Shown piece after piece: positions 49,385-58,820 of a stretch of DNA of 64,000 bases. The DNA is from an uncultured Candidatus Actinomarina sp. (GTDB lineage: Bacteria; Actinomycetota; Acidimicrobiia; Actinomarinales; Actinomarinaceae), in contig CABZMN010000002.1 in assembly GCA_902526825.1 (NCBI GenBank), forward strand, positions 90,265 through 154,264. Direction: 5' to 3'. The first letter of the stretch is position 1, and every line of letters begins with the position of its first letter. The notes beneath the pieces were generated by a model, which did no database searches, was not told the DNA's origin, and worked only from the letters and a program-made list of their open reading frames with translations. The translations under genes were made by a program, and so were the position numbers.

Positions 49385-51015
49385 TGGGAATCTCAAAACA
49401 ATCAATCGACGACTTAAGAAATAGATCTAAAATAAGTGATTTTATTCTCAGTTCTACAACTGGAAAATTAAGAGGTAATAAAGGTATGGCTCTTTGCCCT
49501 TTTCATGGTGAAAAAACTGCAAGCATGAGTTTTACAGATGAAGATAATTTGTTTCATTGTTTTGGCTGCAAAGAAGGTGGAGATATTTATAAGTACATTC
49601 AATTGATAAATAATGTTGAATTTCAAGAATCAGTTGAGATTGCTGCTGAAAAGTATGGATTTAATCTCGCATACACCGATTCAAAGTTTGAGAGTGACCA
49701 AAAAAATCTTATTGGATCAATGAGTAAAATTCATAATTTTTTTATTAACAATATGAAAGAAGGTAAAAGCTCTCAATCAATAGATTATTTAAAGTCGAGA
49801 GATTTAGACGGAACAGACATAAAAGAATTTCGAATTGGCTTTGCTGAAAGGGATGAAAAAAGTACAAATGAGTTTTTTAAAAAAAACAATCTAACAAAAA
49901 CTGATCTGAAAAGTCTTGGATTATTGAGCGAAAGAGGAAATTTTTTATTTAAAAATAGAATAATTTTTCCAATAACAAATTTAAGGAATGAAACAGTTGG
50001 TTTTGGTGGAAGAGCATTAGATGATTTTGGTCCAAAATATATAAATACAGCTGAATCTTCAATTTATCGAAAAAACAGATCGCTCTATTTTACAAGTGAG
50101 TTTTTATCGGATTTGAAAAAGAAAAAGTTTGTTATTTTAGTTGAAGGATATTTTGATGTAATTGCATTTAATAAGCTTGGCTTTAATAATGTTGCATCAC
50201 CATCGGGTACTGCTTTAACGGTTCAACAAATTAATTTACTTTCTAGATATACAAAAGAAATTTATCTGTGTTTTGATAATGATGAAGCAGGAGATACTGC
50301 AACGAAAAAGGTTCTTGAAATTAAAAATAATCAGCCATCAGAAATTAATTTTTTCAAACTAAATCTTCCTAAAGAGTTTAAAGATATCTCAGAGCTTTAT
50401 GAAGGTGGTATTAGTGATATCAATAAAATTATAAATGAAAAGGAAGATCTTGCTGAATTCTGCATCAATAAAATAATTGATACAGATAATACAAAAAAAA
50501 CTTTTCAGGAATTTAAACAAATATCAAGTTTTCTAAGTCCATTAGAGAAAGATTTAGCTATTGGATATCTGAGTAAAAAAATAGGTATTACCAAAGAGGT
50601 ATTAATTAATGAATTAAATTATCAGTCAGACAATGAGCCATTATCCCAAAATGAAAATTCTTCAAGACAAATAAAACATATTGAAACGTTTCAAGATATT
50701 TTAATTGCGGAAATAATTAAACAGGATTTTGATATTGAAGAGGAAATTGACTTATTAATTAATTTAAATCTTGAATTTAAAACATTAATTGATGAGCTTA
50801 AAGCTAATAAAAATGGTAATGAATTCGAAAAGTATGAAAATATTTCTTATTCAGATACCCAACTTAAAGAGTCTGTAGCCAGGCTTTATATTTATTATTC
50901 TGATATAAAAATTGAAAATTTAATTAAAGAAATGGATGAGTCTAATGACTTAACCTTGTTAGAGGACTTAGAAGATCTTAAAAAGAAAATAGAATTTTAT
51001 CAGAATACTCTTTAA
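49384..51015 (+). CDS. dnaG: DNA primase
   Basis: Zinc ribbon CPFHGEKTASMSF...FHCFGC, and TOPRIM (VEGYFDV, DNDEAGD). Confidence 0.92.
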   Translation: MGISKQSIDDLRNRSKISDFILSSTTGKLRGNKGMALCPFHGEKTASMSFTDEDNLFHCFGCKEGGDIYKYIQLINNVEFQESVEIAAEKYGFNLAYTDSKFESDQKNLIGSMSKIHNFFINNMKEGKSSQSIDYLKSRDLDGTDIKEFRIGFAERDEKSTNEFFKKNNLTKTDLKSLGLLSERGNFLFKNRIIFPITNLRNETVGFGGRALDDFGPKYINTAESSIYRKNRSLYFTSEFLSDLKKKKFVILVEGYFDVIAFNKLGFNNVASPSGTALTVQQINLLSRYTKEIYLCFDNDEAGDTATKKVLEIKNNQPSEINFFKLNLPKEFKDISELYEGGISDINKIINEKEDLAEFCINKIIDTDNTKKTFQEFKQISSFLSPLEKDLAIGYLSKKIGITKEVLINELNYQSDNEPLSQNENSSRQIKHIETFQDILIAEIIKQDFDIEEEIDLLINLNLEFKTLIDELKANKNGNEFEKYENISYSDTQLKESVARLYIYYSDIKIENLIKEMDESNDLTLLEDLEDLKKKIEFYQNTL

Positions 51016-51038
51016 TACATACTATTATTAATTTGCTA

Positions 51039-51111
51039 TCCGAGGTAGCTCAATTGGCAGAGCAGCGGACTGTTAATCCGTTGGTTGTGGGTTCAAGTCC
51101 CACCCTCGGAG
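51039..51111 (+). tRNA. tRNA-Asn (anticodon GTT)
   Basis: Acceptor TCCGAGG/CCTCGGA, anticodon arm GCGGA-CTGTTAA-TCCGT, T-loop TTCAAGT. Confidence 0.9.
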
Positions 51112-51170
51112 CAAAATTTTCTAAGTATCTATCAATAACTAGTCTATAATTACCTTTGAAGAGGAGGAAT

Positions 51171-51461
51171 ATGTCAGAAGCTTTAGATTTTGTAAAACAA
51201 AATGCAGAAGGAAAAGATCTTAGTGTTCTACCAGGATCAATTAAATGGGTTGTAGATTCACAAATAGTATTTATGAATCCAGATAATGGTGAAATTACTG
51301 ATGATGATGTTGAAGCAGCCTGCACTATTACCACAGACATGGAAACTTTTAAGGGAATGTACGATAAATCCGTAAGTCCTCAAGCAGCTTTCATGACAGG
51401 TAAATTAAAAGTAGAGGGTGATATGGGAATAGCACTCAAGCTTCAAACAGTAATTAATTAA
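51171..51461 (+). CDS. SCP-2 sterol/lipid-carrier-like protein
   Basis: C-terminal FMTGKLKVEGDMGIALKLQ signature. ATG 51171 is preceded by GAGGAGG. The ORF-track start at 51156 is less likely. Confidence 0.75.
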   Translation: MSEALDFVKQNAEGKDLSVLPGSIKWVVDSQIVFMNPDNGEITDDDVEAACTITTDMETFKGMYDKSVSPQAAFMTGKLKVEGDMGIALKLQTVIN

Positions 51462-51466
51462 CTTTT

Positions 51467-51540
51467 GGGCCTGTAGCTCAGTTGGTTAGAGCAACGGACT
51501 CATAATCCGTCGGTCGCAGGTTCGAGTCCTGCCGGGCCCA
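51467..51540 (+). tRNA. tRNA with CAT anticodon (elongator Met or lysidine-modified Ile2)
   Basis: Acceptor GGGCCTG/CGGGCCC, anticodon arm ACGGA-CTCATAA-TCCGT, T-loop TTCGAGT. G1-C72 pairing argues against an initiator. Met versus Ile2 cannot be settled by eye. Confidence 0.85.
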
Positions 51541-51542
51541 CT

Positions 51543-53534
51543 GTGTTAGATGGAATAAAATTGCAAAACTTAAATGCAAAGAAAATAGGGCTAGCTATTT
51601 CCATTTCAATGTTAATTCCTCCTAATTTTGGATTTAATATTTTTGGAATAAATCTAGAAGACTTACCTCTCATTATTTTATTTTTTTTATTAGTACAAAA
51701 TAAAATAAAAAACCTTGAAGTAACTAATTTTGATAAATACTCAGTATTCTTTATATTATTTTTTACTATTTACTCAAGCAGTTTTAACAAAAATTTTGAT
51801 TTGATAAATCAGACTAATTTAAGATTTTATTTTTACTTTACAATTAGTTATTTAATTGTTGATTATACGAGAAATTCAAATTTTAAAGTTATTGAAATAT
51901 TTGATCAACTTTGGATTGTGATGTTGGCAAATTTATTGTTAATAATATTAAAAATTCAACTTCCGGGAACGATAGATGGATGGATATTAAGTAATAATAG
52001 TTTTTTTCTATTTCCTACTGGTAGACTTGGTGGTTTTCAAGGAGGTGGACCAAATGTTATAGGTATAATCTGTGTTTTATATTCCTTAGTATGTCTTTCT
52101 AAAATTATGAGTTCAAAATCTAAACTACAATACCTTTTTGTAAATAAATTTAATAGTGTACTTTTAATAATTTCTTTTTTAAATTTATTTCTAACATATT
52201 CACGTGGCTCATATATAGCTCTAGTTATCGGTTTTTTAGTTCTTATTACTTTAGAAGATTCAATTTCAAAAAATCGAAAGTATATTCTTTTATTATCATT
52301 ATCCTCACTTATATTAATAGGATTATTTCTTGCTCCTTCAATTCTCTTAAAACAATCAAACAGATCATATTTAAGTTCATTAGCAATTAACAACTTAGAA
52401 CTATTTAAAGGAACTGGTGGAGGGTTTTATATTAAAGAAGTCTATAAAGATTATCTGATATCTTTTGATGAACAATTTTTAATCGAAAATTATAATTTTT
52501 CTTACAAAGATGAGGACACTCCACTACATGATGATAAAAATTTAGAAATATCTAATGAATACGTTGAAGGTTATTTGAAACTAAAATTTGTGTATAAAAA
52601 AGGATTTTTTCCAAGATCAGTTGTAAGTTTTTTTTATTCAAATAATGAAAATGAATGGAATCAAATTGGAGGAAATTTTTCAATCGGAACAGTTATAGAT
52701 TTAATTCAAAATGATTCATATTTTGAAGTTGGAGGCTGGGCTGATGGACAATCTCCTGATGATTCTTATTTGGATGGTTTCATTAACGAAGTAGAAATCA
52801 ATATATCTGACAATAAATCTAAATATGTTATTAATGAAGTAAATAGAGATTTAGAATATAATGTTTTTCTTTCATCCTCGGATAATTTTTATAACAATAA
52901 AAATGATGGCCCGCTTGATTATGAGGAGAAAGGTTTAAAACTTTTGAGACCCAGAAGTTACTGGGTTGCCCTGCCAAATAAAAATGATATTTCACGAAGT
53001 GATTTTGAGATAATACTCAAACTCTCTTTAAATGATATACCGAAAGGGAATGAGACTTTGTTTAGTCAAAGTTCAATAATTAATAATACTGAAAAAACGA
53101 ACGATCAATCTTGGAAATGGTCAATTGTAGATGGGAGAATGTTTTTCTTTTGGATAGAGAATGTTGATGATGGTTATGTTAACTATCTCGGTGGTCAAAG
53201 TCTAAGGTCAGAGAAATTAATTATCAACGATCAACAATTTGATAAAACAGACTCAGAATTTACTATATCCCAATATGATGAAATCACTACATCACATAAT
53301 GGTTTTTTAACAATGGCAGTAGAGTATGGTGCCGCAATAGTTATCTTGATAGTTTCTTCATTGATTTTCTTAATTTATAAGAATTTAAATAAAGAGAATA
53401 AAGTCCAATTAGTTTTGATTGCCTCCATGGCCAGTCAAAATTTAACTAATGACTTAATTTATGCTCCCGATGTTGCAATTTTGTTTTGGATAATACCCTT
53501 TTGCTTCCTTAGCAATGTTGTTATGAATCGATAA
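51543..53534 (+). CDS. O-antigen ligase/polymerase-like (Wzy_C) membrane protein with LamG-like insertion
   Basis: TM helices plus YSRGSYIALVIG loop motif and SHNGFLTMAVEYG near the C-terminus. About 290 soluble residues lie between them and contain YLDGFINEVEI (LamG/ConA-like). GTG start uncertain. Confidence 0.6.
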   Translation: MLDGIKLQNLNAKKIGLAISISMLIPPNFGFNIFGINLEDLPLIILFFLLVQNKIKNLEVTNFDKYSVFFILFFTIYSSSFNKNFDLINQTNLRFYFYFTISYLIVDYTRNSNFKVIEIFDQLWIVMLANLLLIILKIQLPGTIDGWILSNNSFFLFPTGRLGGFQGGGPNVIGIICVLYSLVCLSKIMSSKSKLQYLFVNKFNSVLLIISFLNLFLTYSRGSYIALVIGFLVLITLEDSISKNRKYILLLSLSSLILIGLFLAPSILLKQSNRSYLSSLAINNLELFKGTGGGFYIKEVYKDYLISFDEQFLIENYNFSYKDEDTPLHDDKNLEISNEYVEGYLKLKFVYKKGFFPRSVVSFFYSNNENEWNQIGGNFSIGTVIDLIQNDSYFEVGGWADGQSPDDSYLDGFINEVEINISDNKSKYVINEVNRDLEYNVFLSSSDNFYNNKNDGPLDYEEKGLKLLRPRSYWVALPNKNDISRSDFEIILKLSLNDIPKGNETLFSQSSIINNTEKTNDQSWKWSIVDGRMFFFWIENVDDGYVNYLGGQSLRSEKLIINDQQFDKTDSEFTISQYDEITTSHNGFLTMAVEYGAAIVILIVSSLIFLIYKNLNKENKVQLVLIASMASQNLTNDLIYAPDVAILFWIIPFCFLSNVVMNR

Positions 53535-54654
53535 TCGAGTTTTGTTTTAAAAGTTCAGATATTTTTTTGCTCATTACAAGTACTTGCCGTCCATCCTCGA
53601 GTGTAAGGAAATCCACTGGTGTAGTTAGCTTATTTACCTTATTGAGATCAACACCTCTGAAATCCCATAAAATATCAACAGCTTTATTTATTGTTATATT
53701 TTCATCAATTGTAAAAGAGTTTTCTAGAGCGTTTATAAAATTATTAAGTTCGTTGACAGATTGGAAGTCTTTCAATTCTTTAATTAATTGAATAACAACA
53801 TATTGTTGTCTTTCTATTCTTGTTAAATCACTTACACCTCTCATGAGTTCCCAATTAGAAACATCATTACCTTCTTCATCTAGAATTTTTTCACCAACTA
53901 AAACTTCTGTCGATCTTGAAACTATCCAGTTCAATGTTGTTAAACCTGATACTACCTGACAACCTTTTTGAAGTTCAAAACTGAAACCTTCCCTTTGAGT
54001 TTTATCAACACAAATTTCTACTCCATCAACTGAGTCGATAATTTCCTCAAAACCTTCAAAATCAAAACTCGCAAAATGTTGAACTTTTATACCTGATATA
54101 CTGTAAATTGCCGCTGCTAAATTTTCAGCTCTTCCACCACAATTATTTTTTATATAGGATGCATTAATTCTCTCGATTTTGCCAGTACAGCTATTTTTAA
54201 TCAATAGGTCTCTCGGAAATGATAACAATGTTATTTCACCATTCTCTTTATTTACTAGTCCTACAATTATTACATCTGCCCTTTTACCACTTACATATCC
54301 TCTAGTTTCTGCAATTTTTTCAGATCTTTCATCAGAGCCAATTAGTAAATAAGCTTCTAAATTTAAAATTTCACTTTCAAATTTGTTATTTTCCAATATT
54401 TCTTCAATTTTTGACACCTCTTGTTGTGATATAACTAAAGGTAATTCTTCAGAGTTATCAGATTCAGAGCCGTTTTCAGCTAATTGTGATGAATTATCAG
54501 GTAATGTGGTAGTTGTCACTCCTTCAATAATGTTATTTATGACCTCTTGATCAAATTCCTCTGTTTCGAAATTTGGTAAAAAGACAAAAAGAGTAATTGC
54601 AGCTGTTCCAATAATTAAAATGAATAATAGAGTGTATTTATTAAAAATATTCAT
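53521..54654 (-). CDS. LytR-CpsA-Psr (LCP) family glycopolymer-to-peptidoglycan ligase
   Basis: N-terminal TM segment, then GSDERS...GKRADVIIVG...LLSFPRDL core. Confidence 0.82.
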   Translation of the reverse strand: MNIFNKYTLLFILIIGTAAITLFVFLPNFETEEFDQEVINNIIEGVTTTTLPDNSSQLAENGSESDNSEELPLVISQQEVSKIEEILENNKFESEILNLEAYLLIGSDERSEKIAETRGYVSGKRADVIIVGLVNKENGEITLLSFPRDLLIKNSCTGKIERINASYIKNNCGGRAENLAAAIYSISGIKVQHFASFDFEGFEEIIDSVDGVEICVDKTQREGFSFELQKGCQVVSGLTTLNWIVSRSTEVLVGEKILDEEGNDVSNWELMRGVSDLTRIERQQYVVIQLIKELKDFQSVNELNNFINALENSFTIDENITINKAVDILWDFRGVDLNKVNKLTTPVDFLTLEDGRQVLVMSKKISELLKQNSIIDS

Positions 54655-54695
54655 AAGTTATCAAATTACATACTATAACAAACTATTCTTTAAGT

Positions 54696-55409
54696 GTGCA
54701 GAATATTAAATGTGTTATTGCAGCTGGTGGACTTGGCACACGTCTTCAAAACTTTAGGAACAACAATTCAACAAAGATTTTATTTGAAGTTTTAAATGTA
54801 CCTATGATAAATCGTCAAATACAGCAATTAAATAGTTGGGGGTTTGAAAATTTTGTAATTATTACTAATCCTGAATACTCAGCTCTTATTAGAGAAGCTG
54901 TAACGAAAGCCTTTTCAAATTTTAACATTGAATTTGCTATACAAGATGAACCAAAGGGTATATCACATGCACTACAACAGGCAGAAAATTTTGTAAAAAA
55001 TGAAAAATTATTCTTTGTCTTGGGAGATAATTTTTTTGAGAATAATCCTCTTGAAGGATTTAATTTAAATCAATTCCACTCAGGTGCTTTTATCTTTACA
55101 AAAATGGTTGATAATCCTGAAGAATTTGGAGTAGCTCAAATGGATCAAGATGGAAATGTAATATCAATCGAAGAAAAACCAGAAATGCCAAAATCAAATG
55201 ATGCAGTTGTTGGCGCTTACATGTTTGATGAATCTGTCTTTGAAAAGATATCAATACTCCAACCGTCAGCAAGAGGCGAATATGAAATTACTGATTTATG
55301 CAACTTATATGTCAATGAAAAAAACTGTAAAAATTCTTCAATTGATGGTTGGTGGATTGATGCAGGAACGCCTGAAAGAATAATTGAACTTGAGGATAAA
55401 TTAGCTTAA
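54696..55409 (+). CDS. sugar-1-phosphate nucleotidyltransferase (RmlA/GalU-like)
   Basis: AAGGLGTRL signature and GDNFF. 237 aa. GTG start. Confidence 0.75.
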   Translation: MQNIKCVIAAGGLGTRLQNFRNNNSTKILFEVLNVPMINRQIQQLNSWGFENFVIITNPEYSALIREAVTKAFSNFNIEFAIQDEPKGISHALQQAENFVKNEKLFFVLGDNFFENNPLEGFNLNQFHSGAFIFTKMVDNPEEFGVAQMDQDGNVISIEEKPEMPKSNDAVVGAYMFDESVFEKISILQPSARGEYEITDLCNLYVNEKNCKNSSIDGWWIDAGTPERIIELEDKLA

Positions 55410-56441
55410 TACTTTCAATTTTATTGATATAAAATATGCTAGAAAATAAAGAATAAACAAACCTCCAATAAGTAAATATGATATTTGTGTAGGTGTAAAG
55501 ATTGAAAGATAAATTAATCCAAAAGTTGCAAGACTGTAACTTAAGAATATTGTAAGAACCTTTTTTTCTGAAAATCCTTTGGCAAGTAATCTATGTGAGA
55601 TATGGTCTGTTCCACCAATAGTTGGGGATTTTCCGATACTAATTCTATAAGTTACCACAACAAGAAAATCAATAAGTGGTACCGAAAAAATTAACAGTAT
55701 TGGGCTAAGTGTAGATGTATAAACCGTTATATTTTCTGGAAGCCAATTATATAAGATACTCATAAATCCTAAGCAAAAACCGATAAATAAACTGCCAGAA
55801 TCTCCAAAATATAATTTTGCTGGCGGAAAATTGAAAAATAAAAAGCCACCAATTGCACAAAGTAGAAGAATAGAAATATCTGTTAGCTTATATTGGTTTA
55901 AATAATTTGTTAAGACCGCAATCTGTATGCAAATAGCTGAGGATACAACTACGGCAAGTCCATCCATATTATCTATAAAATTTATGGCATTCATTATTAA
56001 CATAATCCAAATTGTTGAAACTATAAAATTTAAAGAATTATCAAATTCCACTCCAATTAGCGATTCAAAATTTATAAAAATATTCAAGTTATACAGGGGT
56101 ATGTAAACAATGATTGTTTGAAAGATGAATTTTATATACCATTTAAAATTATACAGATCATCAAGCAAGCCAATAATTGAAATTACTACAGCAAAGAAAC
56201 CAATGTATAAGAAATTACTTTCTGCCTGTCCTAGAAGCCTTGTTGATATCAAAAATGCAATTGAACATGCAATACCACCAAATGGTGGTACGTATTTAGA
56301 AGAAAGTCTTTCTTCATTTTTTCTTTTACTTGGTGTAAAGTTTTTTGTTCTTTGAAGAGTTATCCAATTAAAGAAGATAGATAATAAAATTGTTGCAATT
56401 GCTGCACTTGTCAATGAGACTTGAAAGTTAGATAAATTCAC
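55401..56441 (-). CDS. polyprenyl-phosphate HexNAc-1-phosphate transferase (WecA/TagO/MraY family)
   Basis: Polytopic protein with GLLDDLY, NAINFIDNMDGLA and GDSGSLFIG motifs. Confidence 0.85.
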   Translation of the reverse strand: MNLSNFQVSLTSAAIATILLSIFFNWITLQRTKNFTPSKRKNEERLSSKYVPPFGGIACSIAFLISTRLLGQAESNFLYIGFFAVVISIIGLLDDLYNFKWYIKFIFQTIIVYIPLYNLNIFINFESLIGVEFDNSLNFIVSTIWIMLIMNAINFIDNMDGLAVVVSSAICIQIAVLTNYLNQYKLTDISILLLCAIGGFLFFNFPPAKLYFGDSGSLFIGFCLGFMSILYNWLPENITVYTSTLSPILLIFSVPLIDFLVVVTYRISIGKSPTIGGTDHISHRLLAKGFSEKKVLTIFLSYSLATFGLIYLSIFTPTQISYLLIGGLFILYFLAYFISIKLKVLS

Positions 56442-57609
56442 TTTTGTAGCTTTCGATCTCTTCTCTTAAAAATTGATAAATTTTATTATATGCAGTTGCT
56501 ATTTTGACAGATGTATAATTTTTATTTATTAATTCTCTATTGTATTGAGCACCGTTACCAAAAAAAATATTTTGTGCATTATCTAAAAAAACATCATTAT
56601 TGATAATCTCATTAAGTTTTTCTTTAAATTCTCGTATGTTATTTTCATCTACAAAAAAAGAATTACTAAATTTTGAGCCAAGCTCTATTGTTCCAGGTAT
56701 ATTATTTGATAAACATATCAATCCTATGTACAAAGACTCTAGAAGTATTCTTGAGGATCCCTCATACTTTGACATAACGATATTTATATCATAATTGTGA
56801 AGATATTTCTTGATATCAATATGACCCAAATAATTTATATATTTGTTATTTTTTATTTCATCCAGCTGAGATTTACTTAGTGAATCTGGATTTCCTTTGT
56901 CTACATCTCCAGCTAAAAAGAATTCAAAATCTGAATCTTTCATTAAATTAGCTAGCTCAAGATATTCAAATATACCTTTGTCATTAATTAACCTTGTAGC
57001 CATAATTATTTTTAAATTTGAGTTTCGGTATTCTTTTTTTATTTCAAGTCCCTTTACGGTAATCCCAGAAGTTGGAATTATGTAAGATTCACCAATGTAT
57101 TTTGAATAGGTGTTAAAAGTTTTTTGGTCCTCTATGTTTTGATACATCAAAAAATCAAAATTTTTATTAATTAGACGTGTGATAAAAAAACTTAAAAATA
57201 TTTTTAAAATCTTCGCTTTAAAGTTATCGCTAAATAGATAACCTAAACCAGTTATAGTCAAAATATTTTTTGTTTTATTATTTCTAAAAAGATTTGCAAA
57301 AGCAAAAAGGAGGCCAGATTTTAAAGTAAATACATGAACAATATCTTCAGAATTTAAATTTTTTATTATCTTTCGTAGATTTTTAATTCCCCAAAAGTCG
57401 AAAATTTTATCTCTATCAATGTTCCAATCAATTGTTTCTTGATAGTAATTTTTAAGCTCTATTTCATTTTCATTAATAGGACAAATTGCCATAAATTTTG
57501 AGTTATTGATATTGGACACAATATCTTTTCTTGATCGGGTTAATATCCAATCCCAATGTGCTAAATAAACAATCATTAATAACATTTTAAGTGTTAAAAT
57601 TGTTAACAT
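56428..57609 (-). CDS. GT4-family glycosyltransferase
   Basis: C-terminal SKYEGSSRILLESLYIG (EX7E). The start may be an internal Met (MLLMIVYLAHW), which would widen the divergent spacer to ugd. Confidence 0.65.
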   Translation of the reverse strand: MLTILTLKMLLMIVYLAHWDWILTRSRKDIVSNINNSKFMAICPINENEIELKNYYQETIDWNIDRDKIFDFWGIKNLRKIIKNLNSEDIVHVFTLKSGLLFAFANLFRNNKTKNILTITGLGYLFSDNFKAKILKIFLSFFITRLINKNFDFLMYQNIEDQKTFNTYSKYIGESYIIPTSGITVKGLEIKKEYRNSNLKIIMATRLINDKGIFEYLELANLMKDSDFEFFLAGDVDKGNPDSLSKSQLDEIKNNKYINYLGHIDIKKYLHNYDINIVMSKYEGSSRILLESLYIGLICLSNNIPGTIELGSKFSNSFFVDENNIREFKEKLNEIINNDVFLDNAQNIFFGNGAQYNRELINKNYTSVKIATAYNKIYQFLREEIESYKSEFI

Positions 57610-57617
57610 TGCATAAT

Positions 57618-58820
57618 ATGAACATTGTCATCATAGGTACAGGGTATGTAGGCTTAGTTACTGGAGTAGGGTTGGCAAGTCTAGGTAATACCGTTGATTT
57701 TATTGATTTAGATGAAAATAAAATTGAAGATCTCTCTGATAAAAAAATTACTTTTTATGAGCCTGGACTTGAAGAATATTTTAATGATGATCAAACATTC
57801 AAAAGAATGTCTTTCTCTTCAGATTATACAAGCATTAAATGGCATAACATTGATATTGTTTTTGTGTGCGTTCAAACACCAAACAATATTGAAACAAATT
57901 CTGTAGATACAAATTTTTTAGAATCTGCCATCAAAGAAATAAAAAATGTAAATAATAGTGACTTAGTAATTACTGTAAAATCTACAATTCCTCCATACGA
58001 GATAGAAAAGGTATGTGAGAAAGTTGGTATGGATTCAAGCAAATTAACATTCAACCCAGAATTCTTAAGAGAGGGTTCAGCTGTTGAAGATTTCTTCAAG
58101 CCAGATAGGATTGTTCTTGGTGGGACTGACAGTGAAAAACTTATCAAATTAAAAGAGCTTTACAGCGGCTTTGACTGCGAGATTATTATTACTGATTCGA
58201 TTAGCTCTCAATTGATTAAATATCTTTCAAATACTTATCTTCCACTTCGATTATCTTTTGTAAATGAAGCAACAAGGTTAATAGACTATTCTGGAGGAAA
58301 TTTAGATGATGTTTTAAAAGGTGTTGGTCTAGACAATAGAATTGGACAGCATTATTTTAGACCCTCACCTTCTTGGGGTGGCTCATGTTTTCCAAAAGAC
58401 CTCATAGAAGTTAATAATTTTTTTGATAATGATAAATTAAATCTTCCAATAATCTCAAATATATTAAATTCAAACGATATTCACGCAAATTGGACTTCAG
58501 AAAACATTAAAGAATTGTATGAATCAAAAAAATTAGATGGAGTAGTTCTTATTGGTGCAGCATTTAAAGAAGATACAGATGATTTGCGAAACTCACCTAC
58601 AACTGAAGTATTAAATATTCTCAAAAGTTCTATTGAAAACGTAATTGTTTTTGATGAAATAATAAATAATGAAGGTATAGTGAAATTTGATTATCTTGAA
58701 AGCCTTAAAACTCCTCACCTCTTTGTTCTGATGTATCCTGTAAATGAGTCAACACTCGATAGATTAAATAAAATTATTGAAGATTCTAACTCTATAACTT
58801 ATATCCCATGGTCGCTATGA
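57618..58820 (+). CDS. ugd: UDP-glucose 6-dehydrogenase
   Basis: MNIVIIGTGYVGL Rossmann motif and catalytic GGSCFPKD. ATG 57618 rather than the ORF-track start at 57591. Confidence 0.88.
   Translation: MNIVIIGTGYVGLVTGVGLASLGNTVDFIDLDENKIEDLSDKKITFYEPGLEEYFNDDQTFKRMSFSSDYTSIKWHNIDIVFVCVQTPNNIETNSVDTNFLESAIKEIKNVNNSDLVITVKSTIPPYEIEKVCEKVGMDSSKLTFNPEFLREGSAVEDFFKPDRIVLGGTDSEKLIKLKELYSGFDCEIIITDSISSQLIKYLSNTYLPLRLSFVNEATRLIDYSGGNLDDVLKGVGLDNRIGQHYFRPSPSWGGSCFPKDLIEVNNFFDNDKLNLPIISNILNSNDIHANWTSENIKELYESKKLDGVVLIGAAFKEDTDDLRNSPTTEVLNILKSSIENVIVFDEIINNEGIVKFDYLESLKTPHLFVLMYPVNESTLDRLNKIIEDSNSITYIPWSL

Noticed and set aside
51050-51340. 96-aa minus-strand ORF
   Set aside because: It runs through tRNA-Asn and is antisense to the well-supported SCP-2 gene, so it is an artefact.
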